Source of the DNA: Candidatus Saccharibacteria bacterium CPR2
GTDB taxonomy: Bacteria; Patescibacteriota; Saccharimonadia; Saccharimonadales; QWHN01
NCBI GenBank assembly: GCA_021404905.1
Contig: QWHN01000001.1
Span: 2,162 to 66,161, forward strand
DNA: 64,000 bases
Reading direction: 5' to 3'
This document shows, piece by piece, positions 31,994-42,718 of this stretch. The position numbers were made by a program, and so were the translations under genes. The number at the start of each line of letters is the position of its first letter. Position 1 is the first letter of the stretch. The notes under the pieces are model-generated. The model saw nothing but the letters and a program-made list of their open reading frames with translations. It searched no databases and had not been told where the DNA came from.

Positions 31994-32608
31994 ATGCTTA
32001 AACTGATGAAACTGCGAAGTAAAAATACCGGGTTTACTATCATTGAAATGCTTGTCGTCATAGTAGTCATCGGGATACTGGCTGCTATAGTTATGGTGCG
32101 CTACGTGCCAGACTATAAAGACAGAACTTACAAAAACAGAGGATTCGCGGAACTACAAACGTTTGCTAACGCTACCCGCTTATATGTTCAGAAATACAAT
32201 GAATATCCCGACGATGTAAACAGAGACGTGCCAGCAGAAATAAAAGAATTTATTGCTGGAGACGAGGAAAATGATGATTGGCCTAATGCCCCTTGGCCCG
32301 GCAGCGTGTTTGACTACGACAATTGGCAAAAAGATGACAATAACAACGGCCAAATAGAAGAAGATCTAGGGGAGCACATTGTTCAGCTTAGTATAAGATT
32401 TTGCCCTCTCGGAGGAGAGATTGAGACTTGCCAGTTTCCAAACGAAGTATGGGCAGAAAATTTCGACCAGTATAGCTCAGTCTATTACTGCCTTAAAGGA
32501 AAATGCAGGGCACATGTTAGCAAACCCATCGACCACCCCGGATACTGCGTTAATTGTGGCGTTCAACCTTCAGGCATGACGAATCAAACTTTCTTTACAA
32601 AACTGTAG
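31994..32608 (+). CDS. Type IV pilin-like protein (orphan, Cys-rich C-terminal domain)
   Basis: Class III signal peptide and processing site KNTG/FTIIEMLVVIVVIGILAAI with Glu5. Six Cys in the globular part. Confidence 0.75.
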   Translation: MLKLMKLRSKNTGFTIIEMLVVIVVIGILAAIVMVRYVPDYKDRTYKNRGFAELQTFANATRLYVQKYNEYPDDVNRDVPAEIKEFIAGDEENDDWPNAPWPGSVFDYDNWQKDDNNNGQIEEDLGEHIVQLSIRFCPLGGEIETCQFPNEVWAENFDQYSSVYYCLKGKCRAHVSKPIDHPGYCVNCGVQPSGMTNQTFFTKL

Positions 32609-32623
32609 TACAATACAGTTATT

Positions 32624-33205
32624 ATGCTTTTCTTGAGTAACAAATTTTTAAACGTAGCAGTTGTTAGCATAAATGCCGGTGCTAAAGTTGGCACTGTAAC
32701 TGAAATGATAATTAACCCCCACAAGCTGCGTGTTGATGCTTTTTATGTAATCTCAAGAGCCACAGGCAAATCGGTGTTGCACGTCGAAGATATACGCGGC
32801 TATGGGCCCCGAGGGTTACTTATAGATCACGAAGAGCAATTAATGGATCTTGCAGACTTAGTCAGGCTACAGGAAATCGCGAAAATACGTTATACGCCAA
32901 TTGATAAAAAAGTTGTTACAGAAGACAAACAAAAGCTTGGAAAAGTAACCGATTTTGTTATAGATTCTGAAACTTTTAAGATAATGAAAATTCATGTTAG
33001 ACAATCGGTTTTAAAAAATCTTCAAAGCTCAGCGCTTGTAATCGACAGAAGCCAGATAGTCGAGCTTACTAATGACAAAATAATCGTAAAAAGTACAGCC
33101 ATAAAAGAGCAGGAAGGAAGTGTTTTGAAAGCAAACATGCCACTTCCGTCAATCAAACCTCAGCTTAATCCTGATCCAGCGCCTTCAAAATTGTCTCGTA
33201 GTTAA
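32624..33205 (+). CDS. PRC-barrel domain protein (two repeats)
   Basis: Two similar ~80-aa segments (VVSINAGAKVGTVTEMIINPHKLRVDAFYV and VVTEDKQKLGKVTDFVIDSETFKIMKIHV), resembling YlmC/YmxH-type PRC barrels. Confidence 0.55.
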   Translation: MLFLSNKFLNVAVVSINAGAKVGTVTEMIINPHKLRVDAFYVISRATGKSVLHVEDIRGYGPRGLLIDHEEQLMDLADLVRLQEIAKIRYTPIDKKVVTEDKQKLGKVTDFVIDSETFKIMKIHVRQSVLKNLQSSALVIDRSQIVELTNDKIIVKSTAIKEQEGSVLKANMPLPSIKPQLNPDPAPSKLSRS

Positions 33206-33764
33206 AACCTTTTCTGGCAAGATATTGTTTTAGTTTTAATTCGTCTTGATAACGAGAGTTTTTTCTTTTTTTAATTATCAGTTCACGAATTGCACCCAAA
33301 TCAGACTGTAAGCAATTATTAATCGCTTCAATGATAATCTCATTTTCTATACTTTTGCGTTTTAGTTCGAATTCTATTTGCCTTTGGCTGGCATTTTTTA
33401 GTTCCCTGCGATTTTTGACCCACATTTTGGCAAACTCAAGATCGTTTAGATAATTTTGTTTGGTTAATTTTTTAATAATTTCTTCTGTTTGATCTTGATC
33501 CGCTCCAATTCGATCCAAATAATCTAAAATTTCTTTTTTTGAACGCAGGCGCAGTGATAAGTATTTCAAAACTCTATCGTAGTATTTGCCAATAGATGAT
33601 GCTTTTTTAAACCGCTCAAGTTCCGCGCCTGTAATATCCTGATTAATTTTGAGCTGCAAATCTATCACTTGAATTTGACTTAAAGAAAACTCGTATTTTT
33701 CATCAACAAAAATAGAGTAGCGGTCTTTCCGCTTTTGCTGTTTCTCAATAGCGGTAATTTTCAT
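33165..33764 (-). CDS. recX: RecA regulator RecX
   Basis: Three-repeat helical pattern. Located immediately downstream of recA. Confidence 0.8.
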   Translation of the reverse strand: MKITAIEKQQKRKDRYSIFVDEKYEFSLSQIQVIDLQLKINQDITGAELERFKKASSIGKYYDRVLKYLSLRLRSKKEILDYLDRIGADQDQTEEIIKKLTKQNYLNDLEFAKMWVKNRRELKNASQRQIEFELKRKSIENEIIIEAINNCLQSDLGAIRELIIKKRKNSRYQDELKLKQYLARKGFNYETILKALDQD

Positions 33765-33773
33765 GTAACCAAT

Positions 33774-34820
33774 TTAAACTTCTTTAGCAGCAGCTTCCCG
33801 GACTTTTTTATCTATTTCTTTAGTAACTTTAGCGTTTTCTGCCAAATATTTTTTGGCGGATTCACGACCCTGACCAATTTTTTGCCCATTATACTCAAAC
33901 CACGCGCCCGACTTGCCGACTATTTCGTATTTTACGCCGAGATCAAGTACATCGCCTTCATAGGAAATTCCTTGGTTGTACATAATGTCAAACTCCGCGT
34001 TTCTAAATGGCGGAGCGATTTTGTTTTTTACCACTTTTACTCGATGTCTACCCCCAATAATTTCTTCCCCGCTTTTGAGCTGACCGATTCGGCGAATGTC
34101 CATTCGAACCGAAGCGTAAAATTTCAAAGCATTTCCACCGGTGGTGGTTTCGGGATTCCCAAACATAACTCCGATTTTCATGCGAATTTGGTTAATAAAA
34201 ATAACCGTTGCTTTTGATTTATGGACTATTCCGGCAAGTTTACGTAACGCCTGGCTCATCAAACGAGCCTGAAGGCCAACGTGAGCATCACCCATATCAC
34301 CTTCGATCTCTGCTTGCGGCACCAAAGCCGCAACCGAGTCAACCACGACCAGATCAACTGCATTTGAGCGAACCAGAGTTTCAGTTATTTCAAGTGCTTG
34401 CTCTCCGTTATCCGGCTGAGAAATTAGCAATTCCTCAATGTTAACTCCGAGCCTTTTAGCATATTGAGGATCAAGCGCATGTTCGGCATCCACAAACGCC
34501 GCGGTACCGCCATTTTTTTGAATCGAAGCGATAGCGTGCAATGTAAGCGTAGTTTTTCCGCTCGACTCCGGCCCATAGATTTCAATGATTCTGCCCTTTG
34601 GCAAACCTCCACCAAGTGCAATATCAAGCGACAAACTGCCGATTGAAAAGGTTTCGACATCTATTTTATGAGCGTCTCCCAAGCGCATAATTGACCCGCT
34701 GCCAAACTGTTTTTCAATTTGCTCAACCGCCAAGCCCAATGCCCTTGATTTGCCATTATCTGGTTTTTCTTTTAGTTCAGTTTTTTTTACTGACACAACT
34801 CCTCCTTTACTCCAACCCAT
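33774..34820 (-). CDS. recA: Recombinase RecA
   Basis: [10 protein letters not shown] Walker A, and the [14 protein letters not shown] signature. Confidence 0.97.
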   Translation of the reverse strand: MGWSKGGVVSVKKTELKEKPDNGKSRALGLAVEQIEKQFGSGSIMRLGDAHKIDVETFSIGSLSLDIALGGGLPKGRIIEIYGPESSGKTTLTLHAIASIQKNGGTAAFVDAEHALDPQYAKRLGVNIEELLISQPDNGEQALEITETLVRSNAVDLVVVDSVAALVPQAEIEGDMGDAHVGLQARLMSQALRKLAGIVHKSKATVIFINQIRMKIGVMFGNPETTTGGNALKFYASVRMDIRRIGQLKSGEEIIGGRHRVKVVKNKIAPPFRNAEFDIMYNQGISYEGDVLDLGVKYEIVGKSGAWFEYNGQKIGQGRESAKKYLAENAKVTKEIDKKVREAAAKEV

Positions 34821-34894
34821 AATTTCAATAGATAGTATAGCTGGCTTTGAGTCATTCCAAAAGCGTAAGCGATTATATATAATAGCTAGTTGAG

Positions 34895-36643
34895 ATGATG
34901 ATTCCCGATTCCATGGTCCAGCAAATGTTGCTGGAGGCTGGCAAAATCAAAGAAGATCAAGCTAAAGAACTGCTGGAACAGGTCAAACAAGCAAAAAGGC
35001 CGCTCCAGGAAGTTGTAGTTAAGAATAACATTATTTCCGAAAAGGAACTTACTCAACTTTACTCTAAAGAAATTGAAGTTCCCTTTATAGAAATCGACAC
35101 AAAGGAAATTGATAAAGAGACTTTAAAGCTCGTTCCCGAAAGAGTTGCCAGAAAATATAACGTCGCCCTCATAGGTGTCAAGAAAGACGGATCCAATATG
35201 CTTGCCATGGAGGATCCTGACGATGTTCAGGCGCTCGATTTCTTAAAGAAATTGCTCGGCAAAAAGCTGGAAGTCTACATCGCGCCAAAGCAGGATATTT
35301 TGGCTGCTTTAGACCAATACCGAGGCAACATCAGCAGCGAGATAACCAAAGTCATTACAGAAGACGATGAAGAAGTTGATGAAGAAGTTGATGAATCGGA
35401 TTTGGCTGAGGACTCCCCTATTGCTCAAACAGTGAATTTGCTAATTGAGTATGCTGTTAAATCTGAAGCTTCCGACATACACATAGAGCCAAGAGATAAA
35501 TTCGTACAAGTACGTTATAGGATTGATGGAGTTCTAAAAGAAGCCAATAAACTTCCAAAGAAAATACTTGCCTCACTAGTTTCGCGCATCAAAATTTTGT
35601 CAAATTTAAAAATCGATGAACGCCGTGTACCCCAAGATGGTAGATTTAAAATTAACTTAAATGGCAGAATTTTTGCTTTCCGTGTTTCAACTTTACCGGT
35701 TGTCGATGGCGAAAAAGTAGTGATGAGAGTGCTTGATGAATCAAGCGATGCCCTGTCTCTAGAAAAACTGGGTTTTTGGGGCAAGTCTCTAGATGTTATC
35801 AATAACGCCATAGTTCAGCCTCATGGCATGATCTTAGTCACCGGACCAACCGGTTCGGGCAAGTCTACTACTCTACATAGCGTTCTAAACATACTTAATA
35901 AGCCTAATATTAATATTTCAACTATAGAAGATCCCGTTGAATATAAATTAGAGGGAACCAATCAAACCCAAGTAAACCCAAAAGCCGGAATGACCTTCGC
36001 CAACGGACTTAGAGCACTCCTGAGACAAGACCCGAATGTAATAATGGTCGGAGAAATTCGAGACAAAGAAACCGCTGGACTGGCAGTTCAGGCAGCTTTA
36101 ACCGGCCACTTGGTGTTTTCAACTCTGCATACAAACAATGCCGCTACTTGCCTGCCGCGTTTACTGGACATGGGCATCGAGCCTTTTCTGATTGCTTCTA
36201 CCGTCCGTGCGGTAGTTGGCCAGAGATTGGTGCGTAAGATCAATCAAGAAGGTTGCGAACAATACCAGCTAACAGAAAATGAAAAAAATCAAATAGAAAA
36301 TATATTTAACATTAAAACCAAACAGGACTGGGATAGAGTATATACCTTGGCGAACCAATACCGCGAGGCTATGGGAGAGAAAAAAAGCGATACCTTTACA
36401 CTTTGGCGCCCTAAGCAGGGTGATAGCTCAAAAGCTCCCGGATATAAAGGGCGGATGGGGATTTATGAAGTATTGGGCATCTCACCTGCAATTCAACAGC
36501 TAATTGTCAGCAATGCCACAAGCAGCCAAATTCAAGATCAGGCTGTTAAAGAAGGTATGAACGTTATGCAGCTAGACGGCCTGATAAAAGCTATGGTTGG
36601 GCTAACTTCTATAGAAGAGATTCTAAGAGTCACGAGAGAATAA
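34895..36643 (+). CDS. pilB: Type IV pilus assembly ATPase PilB (GspE family)
   Basis: Walker [10 protein letters not shown], Asp box, Walker [10 protein letters not shown] and His box [12 protein letters not shown]. Confidence 0.93.
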   Translation: MMIPDSMVQQMLLEAGKIKEDQAKELLEQVKQAKRPLQEVVVKNNIISEKELTQLYSKEIEVPFIEIDTKEIDKETLKLVPERVARKYNVALIGVKKDGSNMLAMEDPDDVQALDFLKKLLGKKLEVYIAPKQDILAALDQYRGNISSEITKVITEDDEEVDEEVDESDLAEDSPIAQTVNLLIEYAVKSEASDIHIEPRDKFVQVRYRIDGVLKEANKLPKKILASLVSRIKILSNLKIDERRVPQDGRFKINLNGRIFAFRVSTLPVVDGEKVVMRVLDESSDALSLEKLGFWGKSLDVINNAIVQPHGMILVTGPTGSGKSTTLHSVLNILNKPNINISTIEDPVEYKLEGTNQTQVNPKAGMTFANGLRALLRQDPNVIMVGEIRDKETAGLAVQAALTGHLVFSTLHTNNAATCLPRLLDMGIEPFLIASTVRAVVGQRLVRKINQEGCEQYQLTENEKNQIENIFNIKTKQDWDRVYTLANQYREAMGEKKSDTFTLWRPKQGDSSKAPGYKGRMGIYEVLGISPAIQQLIVSNATSSQIQDQAVKEGMNVMQLDGLIKAMVGLTSIEEILRVTRE

Positions 36644-36645
36644 TC

Positions 36646-37875
36646 ATGCCCAAATTTACTTATAATGCTGTTAATAAAAAAGGTGAAAACGTAAACGGTA
36701 CTATTGAGGCATCAACAAAAGAAGCCGTGGCGGATACTTTGACGAAGCAGGGATTAAAACCATTACTTATAAAATTACAGAAAACCGGATTTGATCCGAA
36801 TAATATAAACATTAATCTCAGCTTTTTGGACCGCGTTAGGACCAAAGATCTAGTAATTTTTACGCGACAACTGTCGACTATGGTCAACGCTGGCGTCCCA
36901 TTGGTGAGGTCTTTGGCTACCCTTCAAAATCAAACGCAGAGTAAAAAATTGAAGACTGTTTTAGCAGCTGTTACTAAAGACGTTGAAGCGGGCATTCAAC
37001 TGGCAGATGCTCTCGAAAAACACCCTTCAGTATTTTCAGAGGTTTACGTAAATATGGTTAGAGCTGGTGAGGCCGGGGGAATACTTGACGATATCCTTAA
37101 AAAGCTGGCTTTCCAACAGGAAAAAGACGCAAGTATTAAGAAAAAACTGAAGGGAGCGATGACTTACCCTGCGGTACTAATGTTTATTACTATAATCGCG
37201 TTTTTTGCCTTAACGATATTTGTGGTGCCAAAAATTGGCGCCATGGTGAAATCGTTAGCCGGCGAAGACGCCACGTTACCTATTCAAACCACAATCATGC
37301 TCGGAATCAGTGACTTCTTAAGAGGCTATTGGTTCATATGGATACCCGCTATAGTGGGAACGATTATCGCCCTTAGAGCCTATATAAAAACTAAGAGCGG
37401 TAAGCGTAATTTTCATTTGTTTTTACTTAAGGCACCGATAGTTAAAACTATTGTTACTAAAGTAGCTGTAGCACGATTTTCACGCACATTTGCTTCATTA
37501 ATGTCCGCGGGCGTGACAGTTCTTGAAGCAATTCATACTACCAGTGGAGCAATAGGAAATATAATTATCGCAGAAGAACTTAACAAAGCGGCGGAGGCTG
37601 TAAAAAACGGCAAGCAGCTTTCCGAGCCACTATCAGAGAGTAAGATTTTTCCTGCCATAGTCAGCCAGATGCTGGCAGTAGGCGAAGAAACTGGCCAGAC
37701 TGATACCATTCTTATTAAAGTAGCTGATTTTTACGAAGAGGAAGTTGATACATTAGTTGATAGTATGAGCTCCATCATAGAACCGATCATGATAGTTATT
37801 ATGGGAGCTATGGTCGGGTTGATTGCGGCCAGTGTCATAGGGCCAATTAGTAGCCTCACTAAACAGATTAAATAA
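36646..37875 (+). CDS. pilC: Type IV pilus platform protein PilC (GspF family)
   Basis: Two T2SSF repeats (FTRQLSTMVNAGVPL and FSRTFASLMSAGVTVLEA) and 3 TM segments. Confidence 0.93.
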   Translation: MPKFTYNAVNKKGENVNGTIEASTKEAVADTLTKQGLKPLLIKLQKTGFDPNNININLSFLDRVRTKDLVIFTRQLSTMVNAGVPLVRSLATLQNQTQSKKLKTVLAAVTKDVEAGIQLADALEKHPSVFSEVYVNMVRAGEAGGILDDILKKLAFQQEKDASIKKKLKGAMTYPAVLMFITIIAFFALTIFVVPKIGAMVKSLAGEDATLPIQTTIMLGISDFLRGYWFIWIPAIVGTIIALRAYIKTKSGKRNFHLFLLKAPIVKTIVTKVAVARFSRTFASLMSAGVTVLEAIHTTSGAIGNIIIAEELNKAAEAVKNGKQLSEPLSESKIFPAIVSQMLAVGEETGQTDTILIKVADFYEEEVDTLVDSMSSIIEPIMIVIMGAMVGLIAASVIGPISSLTKQIK

Positions 37876-37898
37876 TTTATATCGCTACTTATTAAGTG

Positions 37899-37926
37899 TT
37901 GACACAGATATGCTAATGCTTATAAT
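37899..37926 (+). promoter_or_regulatory. Sigma-70-type promoter upstream of the major pilin
   Basis: TTGACA (37899-37904), a 16-nt spacer, then TATAAT (37921-37926). A strong AGGAGG Shine-Dalgarno lies 8-9 nt before the pilA ATG. Confidence 0.45.
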
Positions 37927-38005
37927 AGTTCTCAGATGCTTGACTCTGCATTAGATGCAGGGTAAGTAGAATAAAAAGAACATAATTAAAGGAGGGTGGG
38001 CTAAA

Positions 38006-38422
38006 ATGTTCACGAAACTAAAAAAATCTCAAGAGGGTTTCACAATTGTTGAACTCTTAATCGTAATTGTCGTTATAGGTATCTTGGCGGCACTAGTATT
38101 AACAACATTCCAGGGAGTTCAGGCACGGGCTAGAGACACTGAACGCAAAACTGACGTAAACGCTTTGCACACGCATTTGGAAGTTTACTACAACGATAAT
38201 GGAAGGTATCCTACATTAGCTCAGGTTACCACAGCAAACCTTCCAGGTCTTGATCCTGAAGCATTGAATGATCCAAATGGGAACGCGCTAAGCGCAAACG
38301 CTCCTTTCGCATATGTACCTGCGCCAACAAACTGTGACAACACCAACAACGACTGTACCAGCTATACTCTTACAGCTACCATGGAAGAGGAAGCAAACTA
38401 TGTCAAGGGCAGCTTGAATTAA
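38006..38422 (+). CDS. pilA: Major type IV pilin (PilA-like)
   Basis: Prepilin leader MFTKLKKSQEG/FTIVELLIVIVVIGILAAL. 138 aa with a C-terminal Cys pair. Has its own promoter, SD and terminator. Confidence 0.85.
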   Translation: MFTKLKKSQEGFTIVELLIVIVVIGILAALVLTTFQGVQARARDTERKTDVNALHTHLEVYYNDNGRYPTLAQVTTANLPGLDPEALNDPNGNALSANAPFAYVPAPTNCDNTNNDCTSYTLTATMEEEANYVKGSLN

Positions 38423-38444
38423 AACAGCAAGTTGAATTTAGAAC

Positions 38445-38476
38445 AAGGCGCTTTTCATGTGAGCGCCTTTTTCTTT
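38445..38476 (+). terminator. Rho-independent terminator after pilA
   Basis: AAGGCGCT-tttcatgtg-AGCGCCTT followed by TTTTCTTT. Confidence 0.6.
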
Positions 38477-38545
38477 GCCTATTTTTATCATAAGCATTTA
38501 CGCCGCCTTAATTATTAAGTAGGATATAAGATAGATGAGTATGCC

Positions 38546-38968
38546 ATGAGGTATAAAGAGTTTGGATTTACCATACCCGAGTTATTAGTGACATTATTTG
38601 TTCTGGTCACTGCTTTTATTAGTTTTACTACGTTATTCGTAGCCATTGATAGTGTTAGTACCAAAAATAAATTACTGCTTGACGCGAACGGGGCGGCTTA
38701 TGCCAAAATTCAGGAATACGAGAATATGGAATTTACAAATATTCCCACTGGCAGTACATGTGATGACGGTTCAAAAACAAACGAAGTCGAAGATTTTTCC
38801 GGTAGCCTTCCTTCCTCTTTATTCGCGCCTAAAACAGGAAAGGTATATGTAGTATCTGTAACTCAAAGCCTGAAATTAATTTGCGTAGAAGTGTCCTATA
38901 GAGATAACAATGGCAATAAACTCATAGAATATGCCGACTTTATTCATGAAAGCGGGTACGGTAGATGA
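38546..38968 (+). CDS. Minor (pseudo)pilin
   Basis: Leader MRYKEFG/FTIPELLVTLFVLV with Glu5. Confidence 0.7.
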   Translation: MRYKEFGFTIPELLVTLFVLVTAFISFTTLFVAIDSVSTKNKLLLDANGAAYAKIQEYENMEFTNIPTGSTCDDGSKTNEVEDFSGSLPSSLFAPKTGKVYVVSVTQSLKLICVEVSYRDNNGNKLIEYADFIHESGYGR

Positions 38969-39699
38969 AAATATTCAACCAAAAAGGCTTTACACTCGTA
39001 GAAATACTGGTTGTCGCGCCGATTTTCATATTAGTAGCAATGGGTATGCTTGGATATTTAATAGAAAGATATGGTCAAACTCTTATTAAGTCAGCCGAGG
39101 TTAATTTAATGGTTGACGCGCAAACAATTACTTTAAATCTAGAAGACGAACTTGCGTTCGCCACAAACTTTGGCGATACGCTTGGGGCAAATTTAAGCGA
39201 TCCAAACGAACCAAATGGAGGCTGGACCTTCAACACAACTCCAAATACGTTAATAATCTACGAACAGTCAAGAACGGGAGACATACGCGACCCTAATAGC
39301 GATGTAATTTTTGCTCAGCCATGCGATGGAACGTCTATAGCACTAAATAATCTTATCTATTTTTCTGAAGATAACAATAATAACGATTATAAAAGCCTTT
39401 ATAAAAGAACTGTCGTGCCAGATAGCGCGGATATCTGTGCCACAAATTTCCGGCAATTAACTTGCCCAAGCGAAACCGTGGGTACAAATGGTTGCAATCA
39501 AGCAGACGCGTTGGTAACAGATAAATTAATTGACTTTCAGGTTACTTATTATGACGAAGATAATGCCGTAATCGACATGGGCAACGGAGGGAACCCGCTT
39601 GACGCGGAAAAAGTAGCAATAGCAATTACTTTGGGAGATATTGCCTATGGAGAAGAAGTCCAGGCGTCGTCATCATTAACAGTAAAGAAGTTTAATTAA
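38965..39699 (+). CDS. Minor (pseudo)pilin, PilW-like
   Basis: Leader MKIFNQKG/FTLVEILVVAPIFIL. Start overlaps the upstream stop (ATGA). Confidence 0.7.
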   Translation: MKIFNQKGFTLVEILVVAPIFILVAMGMLGYLIERYGQTLIKSAEVNLMVDAQTITLNLEDELAFATNFGDTLGANLSDPNEPNGGWTFNTTPNTLIIYEQSRTGDIRDPNSDVIFAQPCDGTSIALNNLIYFSEDNNNNDYKSLYKRTVVPDSADICATNFRQLTCPSETVGTNGCNQADALVTDKLIDFQVTYYDEDNAVIDMGNGGNPLDAEKVAIAITLGDIAYGEEVQASSSLTVKKFN

Positions 39700-39700
39700 T

Positions 39701-41584
39701 ATGAAATTGATTAGTCGACACAGCAATAAAGGATTCCTGATACCGTCAATCATGATAATTATTGCTCTTATTGGCATTGTGGCAATCTCTACTCTTAGTA
39801 TGGTCAACACAAGCCAATATGCCGCTTCAAAACAAAGTTACCAGCAAATGGCTCATATAGCCTCAAAGGCGGCGCTTGATTTCGCAAAAGAACAGTTTGA
39901 AGATAATCAAAATTTCGGGGGCATTAACGCAGCTAATCCCTATATAGATCCTGATGACGGTCAAAGTTATACAGAAATTGAGATTATTAAAAATGATAAA
40001 TATCGCGTAACTTTTCAAATTGATGTGCTCTCCACTGCTATATGCACAAGCCAGGGCCAAAATTACCTTTGCAAGGAAATGCGAGGCACCGGATATGTAT
40101 ACTTGCCTGAAACTTCAGTAACAGCCCATTATGTGCGCGATATCAAAAATACTATCATTCGAGAATCAGTTGAGCTGGGAAATCCAGCAGATTATGGCCC
40201 AATTTTGTGGCTTGATGCAAGCGTAGCTGGCTCCATGATAACAGGATCACTAGCTGGCAACGAGCAATACATTACCGCCCAATACGGTTCTTCAAATGGC
40301 AGTATTGTTGAGGAAAGAGGCTCTGATGCAGGAAGTAACCCGGGAAGACTCATTTGGACTAATGACGATTTGGAAATGTCGTGGGACGGAGTCACAAACG
40401 GCCATCAGATTACAGGACTAAGGTTCACGGGCCTTAACATCCCACAAGGCAAGACAATCGAACAAGCCTATATACAATTTCAAACTGATGAAACAAAAGC
40501 CGCTGGTAATGTAAGCTTGCGTGTAAAGGGAATTTTAAGTCCAAACGCACCGGCATGGAATGGTAATGGCGCTGTTTCTAGTGCTGTAAAGACTGCAGCA
40601 AATGTAAATTGGAACCCGGTGGATTGGAATGTAGTAGGTGCTAATGGCCAAAACGAACGAACTGCTGATTTGGCACCAATTGTGCAAGAAATTATCAACC
40701 AAGGATCCTGGAACAGTGGCAATGCGATCGCGTTTTCAGTAGAATACGTTTCTGGCTCCGGAATCAGAACCGCAGAAAAAGGAATGGATGATATTGGTAA
40801 CCCGATACTTTATATCAAATGGCAGGATGCGGGTATTAGTGTTGCGGGGAACAACGACCCCATAAGCCAATGGCAGGATATATCAGGCAACGGTAATCAT
40901 GCCAATCTAGCATACGGGGCTGCGCCTGTAAAACAAGACGGTTTATTTAACAATGGCTCGATGCCATCCGTTGTATTTAGTGGAAATGGCGTACTTGGAT
41001 CTAATCTGACTTCTACTTTTATAAATCAGGAATCCACAGCATTTATTGTTATGAGAGCTAGAAGCAGTAGCAGTAGTGAGGCACGATATGTAACCATGAT
41101 GAGAAGTAATTTTGCATCCGACGACCCCGTTGGTTGGAGCGGAAGCCCGTCGCTGCAGCATTTTAGAAGACAAGGGTCAACATCCACAATAAAAAATAAA
41201 GCCTTTTTACTTGGCTTCCTGGAAGTAAGTTCCAGCTTTACCCCGGCCATAGATAACCAGCAACGAGTATACTCAAGTCGAATGGGATCGGGATTATGCA
41301 TCTTTGGTTGGTGTTGGGGTAATAAAGTTTACATGCGCGGGAATGGAGCGATGGGAACAGAAAATTCCTGGAATCTTGCGACTCACATGGCTGATCAAAT
41401 CTATGTTGGCGGCAGAAGAAACGGCACGGGTGGCTCAGCACAAGGAGCAGATTATGCTGATGCGGACATTGCAGAAGTGCTGGTCTATGCTGGCGCCTTA
41501 AATTGCTCTCAGGTTCAGGAAGTTGAAACATATCTGTCAGCTAAATGGGGAATTTCATTCACTCCAAGTTCCTGCCCCAATTAA
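39701..41584 (+). CDS. Large pilin-like protein with C-terminal LamG/concanavalin-A-like lectin domain (candidate pilus tip adhesin)
   Basis: N-terminus SNKG/FLIPSIMIIIALIGIVAIS is pilin-like but lacks Glu5, as in PilX/GspK-type pilins. The C-terminal ~230 aa resemble LamG_3 (WQDISGNGNHA...FIVMRARSS...IYVGGRRNG...IAEVLVYAGALN...ETYLSAKWGI). Confidence 0.7.
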   Translation: MKLISRHSNKGFLIPSIMIIIALIGIVAISTLSMVNTSQYAASKQSYQQMAHIASKAALDFAKEQFEDNQNFGGINAANPYIDPDDGQSYTEIEIIKNDKYRVTFQIDVLSTAICTSQGQNYLCKEMRGTGYVYLPETSVTAHYVRDIKNTIIRESVELGNPADYGPILWLDASVAGSMITGSLAGNEQYITAQYGSSNGSIVEERGSDAGSNPGRLIWTNDDLEMSWDGVTNGHQITGLRFTGLNIPQGKTIEQAYIQFQTDETKAAGNVSLRVKGILSPNAPAWNGNGAVSSAVKTAANVNWNPVDWNVVGANGQNERTADLAPIVQEIINQGSWNSGNAIAFSVEYVSGSGIRTAEKGMDDIGNPILYIKWQDAGISVAGNNDPISQWQDISGNGNHANLAYGAAPVKQDGLFNNGSMPSVVFSGNGVLGSNLTSTFINQESTAFIVMRARSSSSSEARYVTMMRSNFASDDPVGWSGSPSLQHFRRQGSTSTIKNKAFLLGFLEVSSSFTPAIDNQQRVYSSRMGSGLCIFGWCWGNKVYMRGNGAMGTENSWNLATHMADQIYVGGRRNGTGGSAQGADYADADIAEVLVYAGALNCSQVQEVETYLSAKWGISFTPSSCPN

Positions 41585-41653
41585 ATTAAGCTATATGTCA
41601 AAATGTTAAACTGTTATACTTATGAATAGCGCTAATGTTTTAAAAATAAATTT

Positions 41654-42718
41654 ATGAATAACACTCCGCTATTTTTTGTTGATAAGCCGGTTTTTGGAAT
41701 CGACATATCCCAGACATCCGTAAAAGTAATGCAAATAGATACTGCGTCAAAAATGCATACCGTAAGAGGATACGGCCATATAAATTTTGACGATAGAGCT
41801 ATTAAACAAGGTGTTGTGGTTGACCCTGAAACAATTGCTAAAGCAGTATACACGTTATTTTCCAAGCATTTAGTAGGAGCAATTGACACAAAAAGAGTTA
41901 TTAGTTCAGTTCCATCAGCCAGCACGTTTAATCGCATTCTCTCCCTGCCGCATATGGAAAAGAAAGATCTTGATGAGGCAGTTAGGTTGGAAGCTGAGCA
42001 ATATATACCTGTTCCCTTGGAAGATTTATATCTAGATTACGAAATTGTAAAAAAAGATGACAATAACATCAGTGTTTTAATGGTAGGGGCTCCAAAAAAA
42101 GTTATAGATTCTTTTATGGTGCTCTTGGACTTGCTTGGGCTGGAGGTCGTTGGATTACAACCAAGTATAGATGCTGTGACAAAAATCATCATGCATGCTG
42201 AAGGGACATCAGTTCCCACGCTCATTATTGATTTTGGTTCATATAATTCAAACATGGCAATATATGACAGTACGGTTAGTGTTGCGGGAAGTATATCAAG
42301 CGGCGGCGAGAATATTTCAGAACTAATCTCAAAATCTCTTAATGTAACATCCCGCCAAGCATATACCATCAAAACAAGATATGGTTTAGATCCAAGTAAA
42401 CGCCAAAAAGAAATTATTGGGGCCTTAAGCCCATACTTGAAAAAACTAATATCCGAGATTAAAAAAATAATTAGATTTTACGAAGAAAGATCCGTTAAGG
42501 GAGAAAAGGTTGGCCAGGTTATAACCGTAGGCGGAGGAGCAAATCTTCCTGGTTTAAGCACATATTTAACGGACCAGCTTAGGCTTCCGGCGCGCCGATG
42601 CGATCCTTGGCAAAATTTAAATTTTGGCACTATTCAACCTCCCCACCCGCTTGAGACCACACTTTATACGACAGCAGCGGGTTTAAGTTTGGCGGGTCCG
42701 CGAGGAATATTATCATGA
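41654..42718 (+). CDS. pilM: Type IV pilus assembly protein PilM (actin-like ATPase fold)
   Basis: FGIDISQTSVKVMQID...QYIPVPLEDLYLDYEI...GGGANLPGLSTYL. Confidence 0.9.
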   Translation: MNNTPLFFVDKPVFGIDISQTSVKVMQIDTASKMHTVRGYGHINFDDRAIKQGVVVDPETIAKAVYTLFSKHLVGAIDTKRVISSVPSASTFNRILSLPHMEKKDLDEAVRLEAEQYIPVPLEDLYLDYEIVKKDDNNISVLMVGAPKKVIDSFMVLLDLLGLEVVGLQPSIDAVTKIIMHAEGTSVPTLIIDFGSYNSNMAIYDSTVSVAGSISSGGENISELISKSLNVTSRQAYTIKTRYGLDPSKRQKEIIGALSPYLKKLISEIKKIIRFYEERSVKGEKVGQVITVGGGANLPGLSTYLTDQLRLPARRCDPWQNLNFGTIQPPHPLETTLYTTAAGLSLAGPRGILS

